Shown here: positions 40,357 to 51,293 of the stretch, piece after piece | Numbering within the stretch: the stretch's first letter is position 1 | How the letters are laid out: each line of letters starts with the position of its first letter | Assembly: GCA_004431415.1 (NCBI GenBank) | Contig: QPMI01000482.1 | Coordinates: 124,001 to 188,000, forward strand | DNA length: 64,000 nt | Origin: Cyanophora paradoxa CCMP329 | Lineage: Eukaryota > Plantae > Glaucophyta | Direction: 5' to 3' | Program-made: the position numbers and the translations under genes | The notes under the pieces: model-generated | Seen by the model: the letters and a program-made list of their open reading frames with translations, nothing else | What the model was told of the DNA's origin: nothing | The model's database searches: none

Positions 40357-40400
40357 TTGATATTATATTACAGAATATTTTCACGTATATTGTTGTAAAG

Positions 40401-41276
40401 ATGAAACTCCGCGTAAATGTTGATTCTAGAGATCGGTTCGAAGGCACGTCCTCGAATTTCAAAATTAATCTGCCTCGGGCGTTAGCAAACGTGAAGTCGG
40501 CTAGAATTGAATCGCTAGAACTTTTTCACAATATGTATAATCTAGCTGCTGATGCTTCAATAACAACCATTACGCTCGATCCTAGCAATGTAATTAAAAC
40601 CAGAACGAACCTATTTCGAGCTGGATCATATACTCCAACATCTCTTACGAATTATATGAACGTTCTTTTGAAAACACAACAATACAGTTATTTGGGGAGT
40701 ACTTACCAACGCAAGTTCTTAACGGTTTTTGATGATGTTTCAATGAAAATCACAATCTTGTGTGAATCGGAGTTTACTCTGACGTTTTCCACTCTTGAAC
40801 TCGCAAATCTGCTCGGCTTCACAAAGGCTGTTACAGATTCCGCAGAACAGCTGGATACTCCAATCACAGTTGATGCTGTTGATTATGCGTTTGCTATCGT
40901 TGGCGATATACCTGTTGATCTTCTTTATCATACTTATCTCTTCCTACATATCGATCAGATTCGTGGTTCGATTCACACAATAAATAACTGGACAAACACA
41001 TCGTTGGCAAAGATTCATATCGATGCGAAATTTGGAGAACTTATCAAATATACATCTGATGAACGTGTTCCTGTTTCCGTCGATCATAATTCTGAGTTAG
41101 AACAACTTGATGTGTCAATACGTTATTTTAATGGATTTACTGCAGCTATTAACACTGAATTCTCATTCGTTATCGAGTTCGAAATTGAAGATTCTTCATA
41201 TACCAAGGCATCACTTCGCTCGTCAATCAGAAACACAGATAGTGAGTTTCTTCCGTTTGATCGCAGTTTTGCTTAA
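40401..41276 (+). CDS. Minor capsid (penton) protein, module 1
   Basis: N-terminal VDSRDR...FKINLP...VKSARI and C-terminal LDVSIRYFNG...FSFVIEF, a single jelly-roll pattern. Divergent from the MCP. Confidence 0.75.
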   Translation: MKLRVNVDSRDRFEGTSSNFKINLPRALANVKSARIESLELFHNMYNLAADASITTITLDPSNVIKTRTNLFRAGSYTPTSLTNYMNVLLKTQQYSYLGSTYQRKFLTVFDDVSMKITILCESEFTLTFSTLELANLLGFTKAVTDSAEQLDTPITVDAVDYAFAIVGDIPVDLLYHTYLFLHIDQIRGSIHTINNWTNTSLAKIHIDAKFGELIKYTSDERVPVSVDHNSELEQLDVSIRYFNGFTAAINTEFSFVIEFEIEDSSYTKASLRSSIRNTDSEFLPFDRSFA

Positions 41277-41346
41277 TTTCACTTTCGCGAATGCGCAGCC
41301 GAGGCAGCTTGTCTGTCGACTTTTTTCTTTTCCTTATTTAAAACAA

Positions 41347-41586
41347 ATGGTGCGTAGCACAAGTGGCTACTTGCCTTCGGCTTCTAGAAAACTTACAAAC
41401 TCACCCAATAAAAAGAATAATATTGAATTTTTGAGCGGTGATACTGAATCTTATCCTTTAGTTCGTCGGACTGCTGGTGGTGAGGGAGCATCTATCGATT
41501 TTGCTCTTACTGCTGAGCTGAGCTGTGAGCATTACACCCAAAAATTACCCCAATATAATTTGCCCCTTCAAGCAATATCCGCATGA
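41347..41586 (+). CDS. Small hypothetical protein, possibly truncated at the element A/B junction
   Basis: CAAATGG start after the penton, in the same position as ORF 53509 in module 2. It runs into a compositionally different repeat tract at ~41530. Confidence 0.35.
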   Translation: MVRSTSGYLPSASRKLTNSPNKKNNIEFLSGDTESYPLVRRTAGGEGASIDFALTAELSCEHYTQKLPQYNLPLQAISA

Positions 41587-41854
41587 TTCCCAGTAACCCA
41601 ATCCCCAATCTCAGTAAATCTCAGTAAGCCTCAGTCACAATCTATTTTATTTAATCGAAGTTATATCTAAAATCTAATCAATCGAAGTTATATGCATTAC
41701 ACCCAAATTTTACCGCATTTTATTTACGACATTCAGTAACAACGAGAGATTCCCGATGATACACCCAATATACCCATATTTCTCGATTGAATCCATAAAA
41801 ACAACAAACCATAACTAACACCCGTTACACTTTAAATTTTCCGATTGATTCACA

Positions 41855-42313
41855 TTACACCCATGAGTTGTAAGATGACATAATACCCATTTCACGGAAG
41901 AGATTAACGCGCTGTTGACATACATAATATCTTCCTTTCTCTTTTGTGTAATTCACCAAATCTTTCCACGGGTTTCTACACATCATATGTTTTTCATTCC
42001 ATGTTAAATACTTTCTCGGAACCAGAGTAACAGTTAAACCACTCGAACGATTTTTAAATTCCTCTTCTATTTCCTTTCGTTTTATTTTCAATTCGTCTAA
42101 TCGTTTTTCGCAATCTATGTGGTTTAATATCCTCGAATTTCCCTCATCTTCTTCTCTGTTTTCTTCTTCTTTGGCTCTCTCTAAATTCTGTTCCTCCCGG
42201 TGTTTCTCACAATAGACAGTATATCTTTGAGATTCATAGCTGAAAAAGTCATGGGATCTTCGAACTGTGCAGCATCCACAATCTTCATATGTTTCCGTCG
42301 TTTCCCACCCCAT
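41855..42313 (-). CDS. Hypothetical protein (Cys-rich N-terminus, coiled coil); duplicate at 49428..49886
   Basis: 152-aa ORF with AAAATTGA 37 nt upstream. Confidence 0.6.
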   Translation of the reverse strand: MGWETTETYEDCGCCTVRRSHDFFSYESQRYTVYCEKHREEQNLERAKEEENREEDEGNSRILNHIDCEKRLDELKIKRKEIEEEFKNRSSGLTVTLVPRKYLTWNEKHMMCRNPWKDLVNYTKEKGRYYVCQQRVNLFREMGIMSSYNSWV

Positions 42314-42907
42314 CGTTATTACTACCTCTCAAATTCCTTTTAAACTCTGTCAATTTTTGTCCCGATGCAAAAAATGACGCTCTTTTTTAAGAGTTTATAA
42401 CTTTGTAACCATGGAACAATACCTTAACTTTTTCAAGCAAAACAACATAACCTATAAGGATGTTTCACATGTATTTGCGAAAAGTTTCGAAAGAGGATAT
42501 ATTATGATTGCACAGTTAGCAGTGAAAACACCAGAGATGGTTTATATTGCTCAATTGAAAAAAGACACGGCACCATGTTTCCGAATTCAGGGTTACATTA
42601 AAAATGCTGTGGTTGTTATCAAAAATGACGATTTCATAGTTTCTCCTGAATTCAAAGAGAACCATGTAAGAGATTTTCTTAGCCACCCATACAATTGTAA
42701 TGTTTGTCTCGATGATAAGGAAAATGGATAAGATGTGATACATGTAATGCTTCCGTTTGTTACAAATGTTGGCGGAAATGAGCATGAATACAAATAAGAA
42801 ATGTCCGGCATGCCGTAAAGATTTAGATTACCCGTTTATAATCCAAAATGGACTTAATACATTCGTTGTTGTCTAAACTGTTATCGTCGTGGGTTCATTA
42901 CTAATTC

Positions 42908-43639
42908 TTATTGATTCTCTCTTTTTATCGCTCGTCTCTTAACAAACTTCTTAAAGCCCTTCATATCATCGTCTGTTAGTATTGCCCGATCAGTATATAT
43001 TTTTATATCATACCCTTGCAATCCAGTTATGACAGTTTGGTAATTGTAACCCCATAGTCTATGAAGTTCCTTGTAAGTCTTCTTATCGAGACCCCCATTA
43101 TACTCATCAAAGGCGCAATTGAACTCTTTTTCGTTCCCAAGAATATTGAAAAATACTACGAACTCAACATTTCGACGAATGGTAGTAGAAATAGAGCATA
43201 AACGTTGAGTATTAATAATTACTGTAATCGAATAATGACGGGCTGTCGTAATCAATTTAGAAAGGACAGCTGAATTATGCATATCCAAAGAAGAACCTAT
43301 CATATCGTCTAAGATTATAACCAAATTATTACGCTTCTCATTATTCTCAATTCGTTTCTTTTGCATGCTAATGAGTTTCACTACTACATTATCGTCCCAT
43401 TCCTCATAGATATTATCAGGATGCGTTATATCTCTGAATTGACCAGTAAACGCAGTAGAACTAAAGACTACAATCTGATCGATCTTATCCCTCAGTTCAT
43501 AAAGTAGATATTTGCAGTAAGTTGTCTTACCAGAATTGCTGCGCCCACATAATAAAAAACGCGTGCTTAATTTAACTGTTCTTGCAGGCTCAAACTCTGG
43601 GATGTCATTCAAATCAATATCCATTCCTGTGTTATCCAT
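42908..43639 (-). CDS. Packaging ATPase of module 2, duplicate copy
   Basis: Near-identical to 50447..51214 apart from a C-terminal indel. Confidence 0.8.
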   Translation of the reverse strand: MDNTGMDIDLNDIPEFEPARTVKLSTRFLLCGRSNSGKTTYCKYLLYELRDKIDQIVVFSSTAFTGQFRDITHPDNIYEEWDDNVVVKLISMQKKRIENNEKRNNLVIILDDMIGSSLDMHNSAVLSKLITTARHYSITVIINTQRLCSISTTIRRNVEFVVFFNILGNEKEFNCAFDEYNGGLDKKTYKELHRLWGYNYQTVITGLQGYDIKIYTDRAILTDDDMKGFKKFVKRRAIKRENQ

Positions 43640-43717
43640 TACAGTAATAAGATAAAAAACAAATAAACCCCTTACCTACTAATTTTGCGCTTCCTACTCT
43701 AACGAAAGAAAAGAACT

Positions 43718-44936
43718 TTAAAAGTTCGAGACTTTCAGGGTAGAGATGTTGTAGCCATTGAGGACCATAACATTGTGTCGTAGGCATAGATGTCAACCTG
43801 AACAGGAGCCGCATCAGTGCATCCAGAAACAGTGAGATCCATGTAACTCGAGCTGCTGTTGAAGAAATCCTGGTAACCCATAACCGAGTTCCGAAGCGAA
43901 TCTTTTCCGGACTTGGAAAGAACAATTCCATAAACATTTCCAGACTCGAATCCGTAGGTGGTATTGCCCACAGTAACACCCTTGTAATGAGAGGAATGTG
44001 ATTGACAGCAGAGAGGAAACCGGAAATGGTTTGTTAGAGATATCAAGGGAGCGATTGTTGTGGAAGATCTGGAACTGATCGATTTTAACATCCGAAACAT
44101 GACCACAGAAATCAGAATGAGTGTAGGTGTTGAGTTTGTTCACCTCTCGAACAGTCATGAGAATCGAATGAACCAGACCGGAAACATTAGCAAGTGTAAC
44201 CTCGACCGATTCACCAGCATCAGCAGTTTTAAGCGCTCGGGTCTTCTTGTGGATGACCTCTGTGATCGGGATGCGAATGCCACCTTGTTCGTTTGCCATC
44301 TTTAGGAGTGTCTCAGCCTCAGCCGAAGCGATGTTTACGAATTGGCAGATCAGGGAGCAATCCGCAAAGGTAACAGATCCACCGCAGGAACTTTGACTAT
44401 CCAGCATCACGGAAATCCACCTCAATCGTTGGCATATCCGCCAGCGTACATAATGGAAAGTAAGCATCATCCCAGAAAGCAGCGGGGATTCTAACGATGT
44501 ATTCCATTGCTTCATCTGTGCTTTCACGATCTGTCTCTTTGAAGTAACGAGAGAAGCATACATGCTGCTCATGGTAGCGTGATCATTATCGACCAGGGCG
44601 TTTACAGTGATCCAATCACCAGGGATAATATACTTGAAACCACCATGAACGAAACGGACCTCATTAATAAAAGAAGAACCACCATTGGGAGGGTGCAGGC
44701 TACACCACCACCAGTGGCAATCTTGAAATAGAGCGAAACACCAGCAAGGAGTTGCTTGCGAGGTAGATCAAAGTAAGCGGTATTCTTGAAGCCAAAAGTG
44801 TTGCCTCGGGGACGAACTTGCTCGAGGAATGGTTTGTATTTGGGTTGGTTCCGATTTGGAGACCAGGGGAAAGATAAATTTGATCGGAACCGGGAGTTAC
44901 GAGGAGTTCCTTCAGGGTAGTTCCAGTGAGTGCCAT
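43718..44936 (-). pseudogene. MCP of module 2, duplicate copy with multiple indels
   Basis: Matches 51294..52520 apart from single-base deletions. Confidence 0.7.
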
Positions 44937-46698
44937 CTCTTATGTTTAAAATACCAAAAGAAATTTTTAAAATGCTTTATTAAACAGAATGACGCGTCAT
45001 TACCTTAATATTGATTCTCGGGATCGGATGATGGAACCCAACAAACTTCACTTACAAAATTCCCCATGCAATCCAAAATGTGAGAGCCTGCAGAGTGACT
45101 AACTTTGAGATGTTCAATAACATTTACAATCTCAGCGAGAATGGAAGTTTGATTACAGGAACCTATGATGCTGGGGATGTAATTAAAACTAAGAATAACA
45201 CTATTTCGAAAGGGACATATACCTCTGATAGTTTGGTTAATCTCCTAAATGCCAAACTTGCTTCACAAGTGTATGGTGCAGCAGGAACTACCTATACTCG
45301 CCATTTTCATGTAACCTATGATCCTGTTACCATGTTTCTAAGGTTCATGTGCGATGCAACATTTGGCGGGGGTCGAGGCGGGCAGTCGAACTGCAAACGA
45401 CGGCGAACAACAGGTCGAGCACGAGGACTATAGCTAGTAGTGAAACTAACTCTAGCATCAACACTACGATCAGAATCCGAACCAGACCGAACTAAACTAG
45501 AAGACGAAGTACGCCGGCGCCGGCGGGATACGACCAGCGAAGCAGAAGACGAAGGCAAAGGCGGCAGTCCGGTATCAAGAACAAAGGCCGGAGGGTCCAG
45601 CCCGGCAAACCGCCGGAGGGAAGTAGAAGGGGATCCCCAACGGGACATTCCCACGAACGGCAAACTCCGCAGGATTCCGGAGGACAGAATCGATGTCACG
45701 CGAAGAGACGAGGTTGTCAGCACCGCCCGAAGAAGGAGCGCCGGGCGAGTCAGAATCAGCTCCCGGCCGTCCTCCTGGTCCAGCCCCCTCTTCAGCCCAT
45801 CCTTCTGGCCCCCGCTTCTGCAACTGTGACGCCGGGCGGCACTATCTTTTTGCATGCCCCTCCCGCCACTACGTCCCCAGTCTCTTTGCGTCTGCATCCA
45901 CTTTCCCGGGTCCGCTTGCAGGCCCCCTCGCCTCCATCTCTTACGAATTATATGAACGTTCTTTTGAAAACACAACAATACAGTTATTTGGGGAGTACTT
46001 ACCAACGCAAGTTCTTAACGGTTTTTGATGATGTTTCAATGAAAATCACAATCTTGTGTGAATCGGAGTTTACTCTGACGTTTTCCACTCTTGAACTCGC
46101 GTTTGCTAACGCCCGAGGCAGATTAATTTTGAAATTCGAGGACGTGCCTTCGAACCGATCTCTAGAATCAACATTTACGCGGAGTTTCATCTTTACAACA
46201 ATATACGTGAAAATATTCTGTAATATAATATCAAATGGCGCAAGCAGGAACTACTCTGAAAGAGCTCCTAACAACCAAAGGATCGAACGAGCCCTCCCCC
46301 CCCCCCCCCCCCCCCCCCCCTCCCCTCCTCGGCCTCGACTCAGAGGGTGCGGGGCGCAGCTGGCGGGGGCGAAGGAGAAGGCGGGGATCGAGCGGGAGTC
46401 ATCTAAAACAATTGCTATTTTTCGATCATCTTTCTTGCGTCGTCTTTCTTTTTGACGTTCTAAAAGTTCTTCAACCAAAACTGTATCCCATTCTTCATAA
46501 ATATTGCTCTTGCGTGCTGTATCATTCCACTGTTCTGTAAATGCTGTTGTACTAAAGACGTAAATATCGTCTAGCTGATTTGCTACAGCATTTAATACGT
46601 GTTTTACGTAGGTGCTTTTTCCAGAATTCGTGGGTCCAACAAACAAGAACCGTTTAGGCAGTTTTATTTCCGTCGGATCAAACAATTTGATATCCATT

Positions 46699-47928
46699 TT
46701 AGAAGTTACTTACCTTAAGAGTAGACATTTGATATGAATTTATGACTAGAACATTGTGTCGAAGAACGTGGAAGTCAACAACAGCTGGGGCGGTGTTTGT
46801 ACAGCCGGTCACAGTGAGGGAGCAATAGCTGCTGCTGGAATTGAAGAAATCGGTATAACCAAGAACAGCGTTGTGGAGGGAATCCTTTCCAGATTTCGAA
46901 AGCACAATACCATAGACATTTCCGTCTTCAAAACCAAGGGCTGAATTACCAGTTGTTGCTCCGCGATATTGAGTGGGAATGTGATAGCATGACGATACAA
47001 AACCAGAGATGGGCTTGTTGCTAATGTCGAGAGTTCGGTTGTTGTGCATAATCTCAAACGAATCAATCTTCAAAGCGTTTCCGTTGCCAGCAAATGAATT
47101 GTGGTTGTGAGTTCCCAGGTGAATCGCATTTCGCACTGTCATCAAAATTGCGTGCACAAGACCACTAACGTTAGCAAGTGATATTTCGACAGCGTTTCCT
47201 GCGTCGTCCGTCTTAAGCTGGCGTGAGCGCTTCGAAATGATCTCCGTGAAGGGAATTCGAATACCGCCAGACTCATTCGCAGATTTAAGCATAGACTCTG
47301 CCTCTTCGCTAGGGATATTCACGAATTGACAAACCAGGGCGCAATCCGTTAGTGTCGCGACAGCATCAGCAACAGTTCCAATCACACCAGCCGAACGGAA
47401 GTCAATCTCGACGGTTGGCATATCTGCAAGTGCTAACAGAGGGAAGTACGAATTGTCCCAAAGCTGTGATGGGATCTTCAGCACGTACTCTCGGCTAGCA
47501 TCAAGAATCTCGAGAGCTGCATCTTTTCCAAAGCCATAGCTGCTAGCAAATGCTTGGGCGGATGCAACACTATTATCAATTAGCGCGTTCACTGTAAGCC
47601 AATCACCAGGAATTACCATTTTGAAAGATCCATGAACAAAGCGTACGTTTTCAATAAATGCACCAGCACCATTAGGAAGAACCGAAGCGGCAGCTCCACC
47701 AGCGACTGTTACCTTAAAATATAGGGAGACGCCATTTAGAAGTTGCTTGCGCGGAAGGTCGAAAGCAGCAGTCTGTGCGAATCCGTATGAGTTGCCTCGC
47801 GGACGGATCGTCTCAAGGAAAGGCTTAAACTTTGGGCTAACACCGACAGTTAGACCTGGCGATAGATAAAGCTCGTTCGATCCTTTGGTTGTTAGGAGCT
47901 CTTTCAGAGTAGTTCCTGCTTGCGCCAT
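46699..47928 (-). CDS. Major capsid protein (double jelly-roll), module 1, intact copy, 409 aa
   Basis: Size, beta-rich composition, FDLPRKQLL and FPLLAL motifs, and synteny with the A32 ATPase and penton. Confidence 0.85.
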   Translation of the reverse strand: MAQAGTTLKELLTTKGSNELYLSPGLTVGVSPKFKPFLETIRPRGNSYGFAQTAAFDLPRKQLLNGVSLYFKVTVAGGAAASVLPNGAGAFIENVRFVHGSFKMVIPGDWLTVNALIDNSVASAQAFASSYGFGKDAALEILDASREYVLKIPSQLWDNSYFPLLALADMPTVEIDFRSAGVIGTVADAVATLTDCALVCQFVNIPSEEAESMLKSANESGGIRIPFTEIISKRSRQLKTDDAGNAVEISLANVSGLVHAILMTVRNAIHLGTHNHNSFAGNGNALKIDSFEIMHNNRTLDISNKPISGFVSSCYHIPTQYRGATTGNSALGFEDGNVYGIVLSKSGKDSLHNAVLGYTDFFNSSSSYCSLTVTGCTNTAPAVVDFHVLRHNVLVINSYQMSTLKVSNF

Positions 47929-47972
47929 TTGATATTATATTACAGAATATTTTCACGTATATTGTTGTAAAG

Positions 47973-48848
47973 ATGAAACTCCGCGTAAATGTTGATTCTA
48001 GAGATCGGTTCGAAGGCACGTCCTCGAATTTCAAAATTAATCTGCCTCGGGCGTTAGCAAACGTGAAGTCGGCTAGAATTGAATCGCTAGAACTTTTTCA
48101 CAATATGTATAATCTAGCTGCTGATGCTTCAATAACAACCATTACGCTCGATCCTAGCAATGTAATTAAAACCAGAACGAACCTATTTCGAGCTGGATCA
48201 TATACTCCAACATCTCTTACGAATTATATGAACGTTCTTTTGAAAACACAACAATACAGTTATTTGGGGAGTACTTACCAACGCAAGTTCTTAACGGTTT
48301 TTGATGATGTTTCAATGAAAATCACAATCTTGTGTGAATCGGAGTTTACTCTGACGTTTTCCACTCTTGAACTCGCAAATCTGCTCGGCTTCACAAAGGC
48401 TGTTACAGATTCCGCAGAACAGCTGGATACTCCAATCACAGTTGATGCTGTTGATTATGCGTTTGCTATCGTTGGCGATATACCTGTTGATCTTCTTTAT
48501 CATACTTATCTCTTCCTACATATCGATCAGATTCGTGGTTCGATTCACACAATAAATAACTGGACAAACACATCGTTGGCAAAGATTCATATCGATGCGA
48601 AATTTGGAGAACTTATCAAATATACATCTGATGAACGTGTTCCTGTTTCCGTCGATCATAATTCTGAGTTAGAACAACTTGATGTGTCAATACGTTATTT
48701 TAATGGATTTACTGCAGCTATTAACACTGAATTCTCATTCGTTATCGAGTTCGAAATTGAAGATTCTTCATATACCAAGGCATCACTTCGCTCGTCAATC
48801 AGAAACACAGATAGTGAGTTTCTTCCGTTTGATCGCAGTTTTGCTTAA
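47973..48848 (+). CDS. Penton of module 1, duplicate copy
   Basis: Identical translation to 40401..41276. Confidence 0.75.
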   Translation: MKLRVNVDSRDRFEGTSSNFKINLPRALANVKSARIESLELFHNMYNLAADASITTITLDPSNVIKTRTNLFRAGSYTPTSLTNYMNVLLKTQQYSYLGSTYQRKFLTVFDDVSMKITILCESEFTLTFSTLELANLLGFTKAVTDSAEQLDTPITVDAVDYAFAIVGDIPVDLLYHTYLFLHIDQIRGSIHTINNWTNTSLAKIHIDAKFGELIKYTSDERVPVSVDHNSELEQLDVSIRYFNGFTAAINTEFSFVIEFEIEDSSYTKASLRSSIRNTDSEFLPFDRSFA

Positions 48849-49427
48849 TTTCACTTTCGCGAATGCGCAGCCGAGGCAGCTTGTCTGTCGACTTTTTTCT
48901 TTTCCTTATTTAAAACAAATGGTGCGTAGCACAAGTGGCTACTTGCCTTCGGCTTCTAGAAAACTTACAAACTCACCCAATAAAAAGAATAATATTGAAT
49001 TTTTGAGCGGTGATACTGAATCTTATCCTTTAGTTCGTCGGACTGCTGGTGGTGAGGGAGCATCTATCGATTTTGCTCTTACTGCTGAGCTGAGCTGTGA
49101 GCATTACACCCAAAAATTACCCCAATATAATTTGCCCCTTCAAGCAATATCCGCATGATTCCCAGTAACCCAATCCCCAATCTCAGTAAATCTCAGTAAG
49201 CCTCAGTCACAATCTATTTTATTTAATCGAAGTTATATCTAAAATCTAATCAATCGAAGTTATATGCATTACACCCAAATTTTACCGCATTTTATTTACG
49301 ACATTCAGTAACAACGAGAGATTCCCGATGATACACCCAATATACCCATATTTCTCGATTGAATCCATAAAAAACAACAAACCATAACTAACACCCGTTA
49401 CACTTTAAATTTTCCGATTGATTCACA

Positions 49428-49886
49428 TTACACCCATGAGTTGTAAGATGACATAATACCCATTTCACGGAAGAGATTAACGCGCTGTTGACATACATAA
49501 TATCTTCCTTTCTCTTTTGTGTAATTCACCAAATCTTTCCACGGGTTTCTACACATCATATGTTTTTCATTCCATGTTAAATACTTTCTCGGAACCAGAG
49601 TAACAGTTAAACCACTCGAACGATTTTTAAATTCCTCTTCTATTTCCTTTCGTTTTATTTTCAATTCGTCTAATCGTTTTTCGCAATCTATGTGGTTTAA
49701 TATCCTCGAATTTCCCTCATCTTCTTCTCTGTTTTCTTCTTCTTTGGCTCTCTCTAAATTCTGTTCCTCCCGGTGTTTCTCACAATAGACAGTATATCTT
49801 TGAGATTCATAGCTGAAAAAGTCATGGGATCTTCGAACTGTGCAGCATCCACAATCTTCATATGTTTCCGTCGTTTCCCACCCCAT
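49428..49886 (-). CDS. Hypothetical protein
   Basis: Identical to 41855..42313. Confidence 0.6.
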   Translation of the reverse strand: MGWETTETYEDCGCCTVRRSHDFFSYESQRYTVYCEKHREEQNLERAKEEENREEDEGNSRILNHIDCEKRLDELKIKRKEIEEEFKNRSSGLTVTLVPRKYLTWNEKHMMCRNPWKDLVNYTKEKGRYYVCQQRVNLFREMGIMSSYNSWV

Positions 49887-49983
49887 CGTTATTACTACCT
49901 CTCAAATTCCTTTTAAACTCTGTCAATTTTTGTCCCGATGCAAAAAATGACGCTCTTTTTTAAGAGTTTATAACTTTGTAACC

Positions 49984-50450
49984 ATGGAACAATACCTTAA
50001 CTTTTTCAAGCAAAACAACATAACCTATAAGGATGTTTCACATGTATTTGCGAAAAGTTTCGAAAGAGGATATATTATGATTGCACAGTTAGCAGTGAAA
50101 ACACCAGAGATGGTTTATATTGCTCAATTGAAAAAAGACACGGCACCATGTTTCCGAATTCAGGGTTACATTAAAAATGCTGTGGTTGTTATCAAAAATG
50201 ACGATTTCATAGTTTCTCCTGAATTCAAAGAGAACCATGTAAGAGATTTTCTTAGCCACCCATACAATTGTAATGTTTGTCTCGATGATAAGGAAAATGG
50301 GATAAGATGTGATACATGTAATGCTTCCGTTTGTTACAAATGTTGGCGGAAATGAGCATGAATACAAATAAGAAATGTCCGGCATGCCGTAAAGATTTAG
50401 ATTACCCGTTTATAATCCAAAATGGACTTAATACATTCGTTGTTGTCTAA
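49984..50450 (+). CDS. RING-like Zn-finger protein, frameshift near 50343 (duplicate from 42411)
   Basis: CNVC..CDTC..CYKC, then KCPACR in the shifted frame. Confidence 0.7.
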
Positions 50451-51214
50451 ACTGTTATCGTCGTGGGTTCATTACTAATTCTTATTGATTCTCTCTTTTT
50501 TATCGCTCGTCTCTTAACAAACTTCTTAAAGCCCTTCATATCATCGTCTGTTAGTATTGCCCGATCAGTATATATTTTTATATCATACCCTTGCAATCCA
50601 GTTATGACAGTTTGGTAATTGTAACCCCATAGTCTATGAAGTTCCTTGTAAGTCTTCTTATCGAGACCCCCATTATACTCATCAAAGGCGCAATTGAACT
50701 CTTTTTCGTTCCCAAGAATATTGAAAAATACTACGAACTCAACATTTCGACGAATGGTAGTAGAAATAGAGCATAAACGTTGAGTATTAATAATTACTGT
50801 AATCGAATAATGACGGGCTGTCGTAATCAATTTAGAAAGGACAGCTGAATTATGCATATCCAAAGAAGAACCTATCATATCGTCTAAGATTATAACCAAA
50901 TTATTACGCTTCTCATTATTCTCAATTCGTTTCTTTTGCATGCTAATGAGTTTCACTACTACATTATCGTCCCATTCCTCATAGATATTATCAGGATGCG
51001 TTATATCTCTGAATTGACCAGTAAACGCAGTAGAACTAAAGACTACAATCTGATCGATCTTATCCCTCAGTTCATAAAGTAGATATTTGCAGTAAGTTGT
51101 CTTACCAGAATTGCTGCGCCCACATAATAAAAAACGCGTGCTTAATTTAACTGTTCTTGCAGGCTCAAACTCTGGGATGTCATTCAAATCAATATCCATT
51201 CCTGTGTTATCCAT
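50447..51214 (-). CDS. A32/FtsK-like packaging ATPase (module 2)
   Basis: GRSNSGKT, IILDD and ARHYSITVIINTQ. Confidence 0.92.
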   Translation of the reverse strand: MDNTGMDIDLNDIPEFEPARTVKLSTRFLLCGRSNSGKTTYCKYLLYELRDKIDQIVVFSSTAFTGQFRDITHPDNIYEEWDDNVVVKLISMQKKRIENNEKRNNLVIILDDMIGSSLDMHNSAVLSKLITTARHYSITVIINTQRLCSISTTIRRNVEFVVFFNILGNEKEFNCAFDEYNGGLDKKTYKELHRLWGYNYQTVITGLQGYDIKIYTDRAILTDDDMKGFKKFVKRRAIKKRESIRISNEPTTITV

Positions 51215-51293
51215 TACAGTAATAAGATAAAAAACAAAATAAACCCCTTACCTACTAATTTTGCGCTTCCTACTCTAACGAAAGAAAAGAACT

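Larger units (their letters stand above)
31905..41530. mobile_element. Endogenous Polinton/Maverick-like virus, element A (pPolB, rve integrase, ATPase, MCP, penton)
   Basis: Abrupt switch to AT-rich, intronless, compact ORFs with hallmark genes. Boundaries are approximate and no matching right TIR is seen. Confidence 0.85.
38827..45364 (+). repeat. First copy of a 6.5-kb near-identical direct duplication (second copy 46397..52950)
   Basis: Direct comparison of the two copies. The first copy is 16 bp shorter, mostly through homopolymer deletions. Confidence 0.9.

Noticed and set aside
45365-46396. Novel GC-rich insertion or rearrangement inside the virus
   Set aside because: It is a patchwork of unalignable sequence, a forward penton fragment (40639-40804), an inverted fragment (40299-40491) and poly-C. 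It looks like a chimeric or noisy read, so its ORFs are not called.
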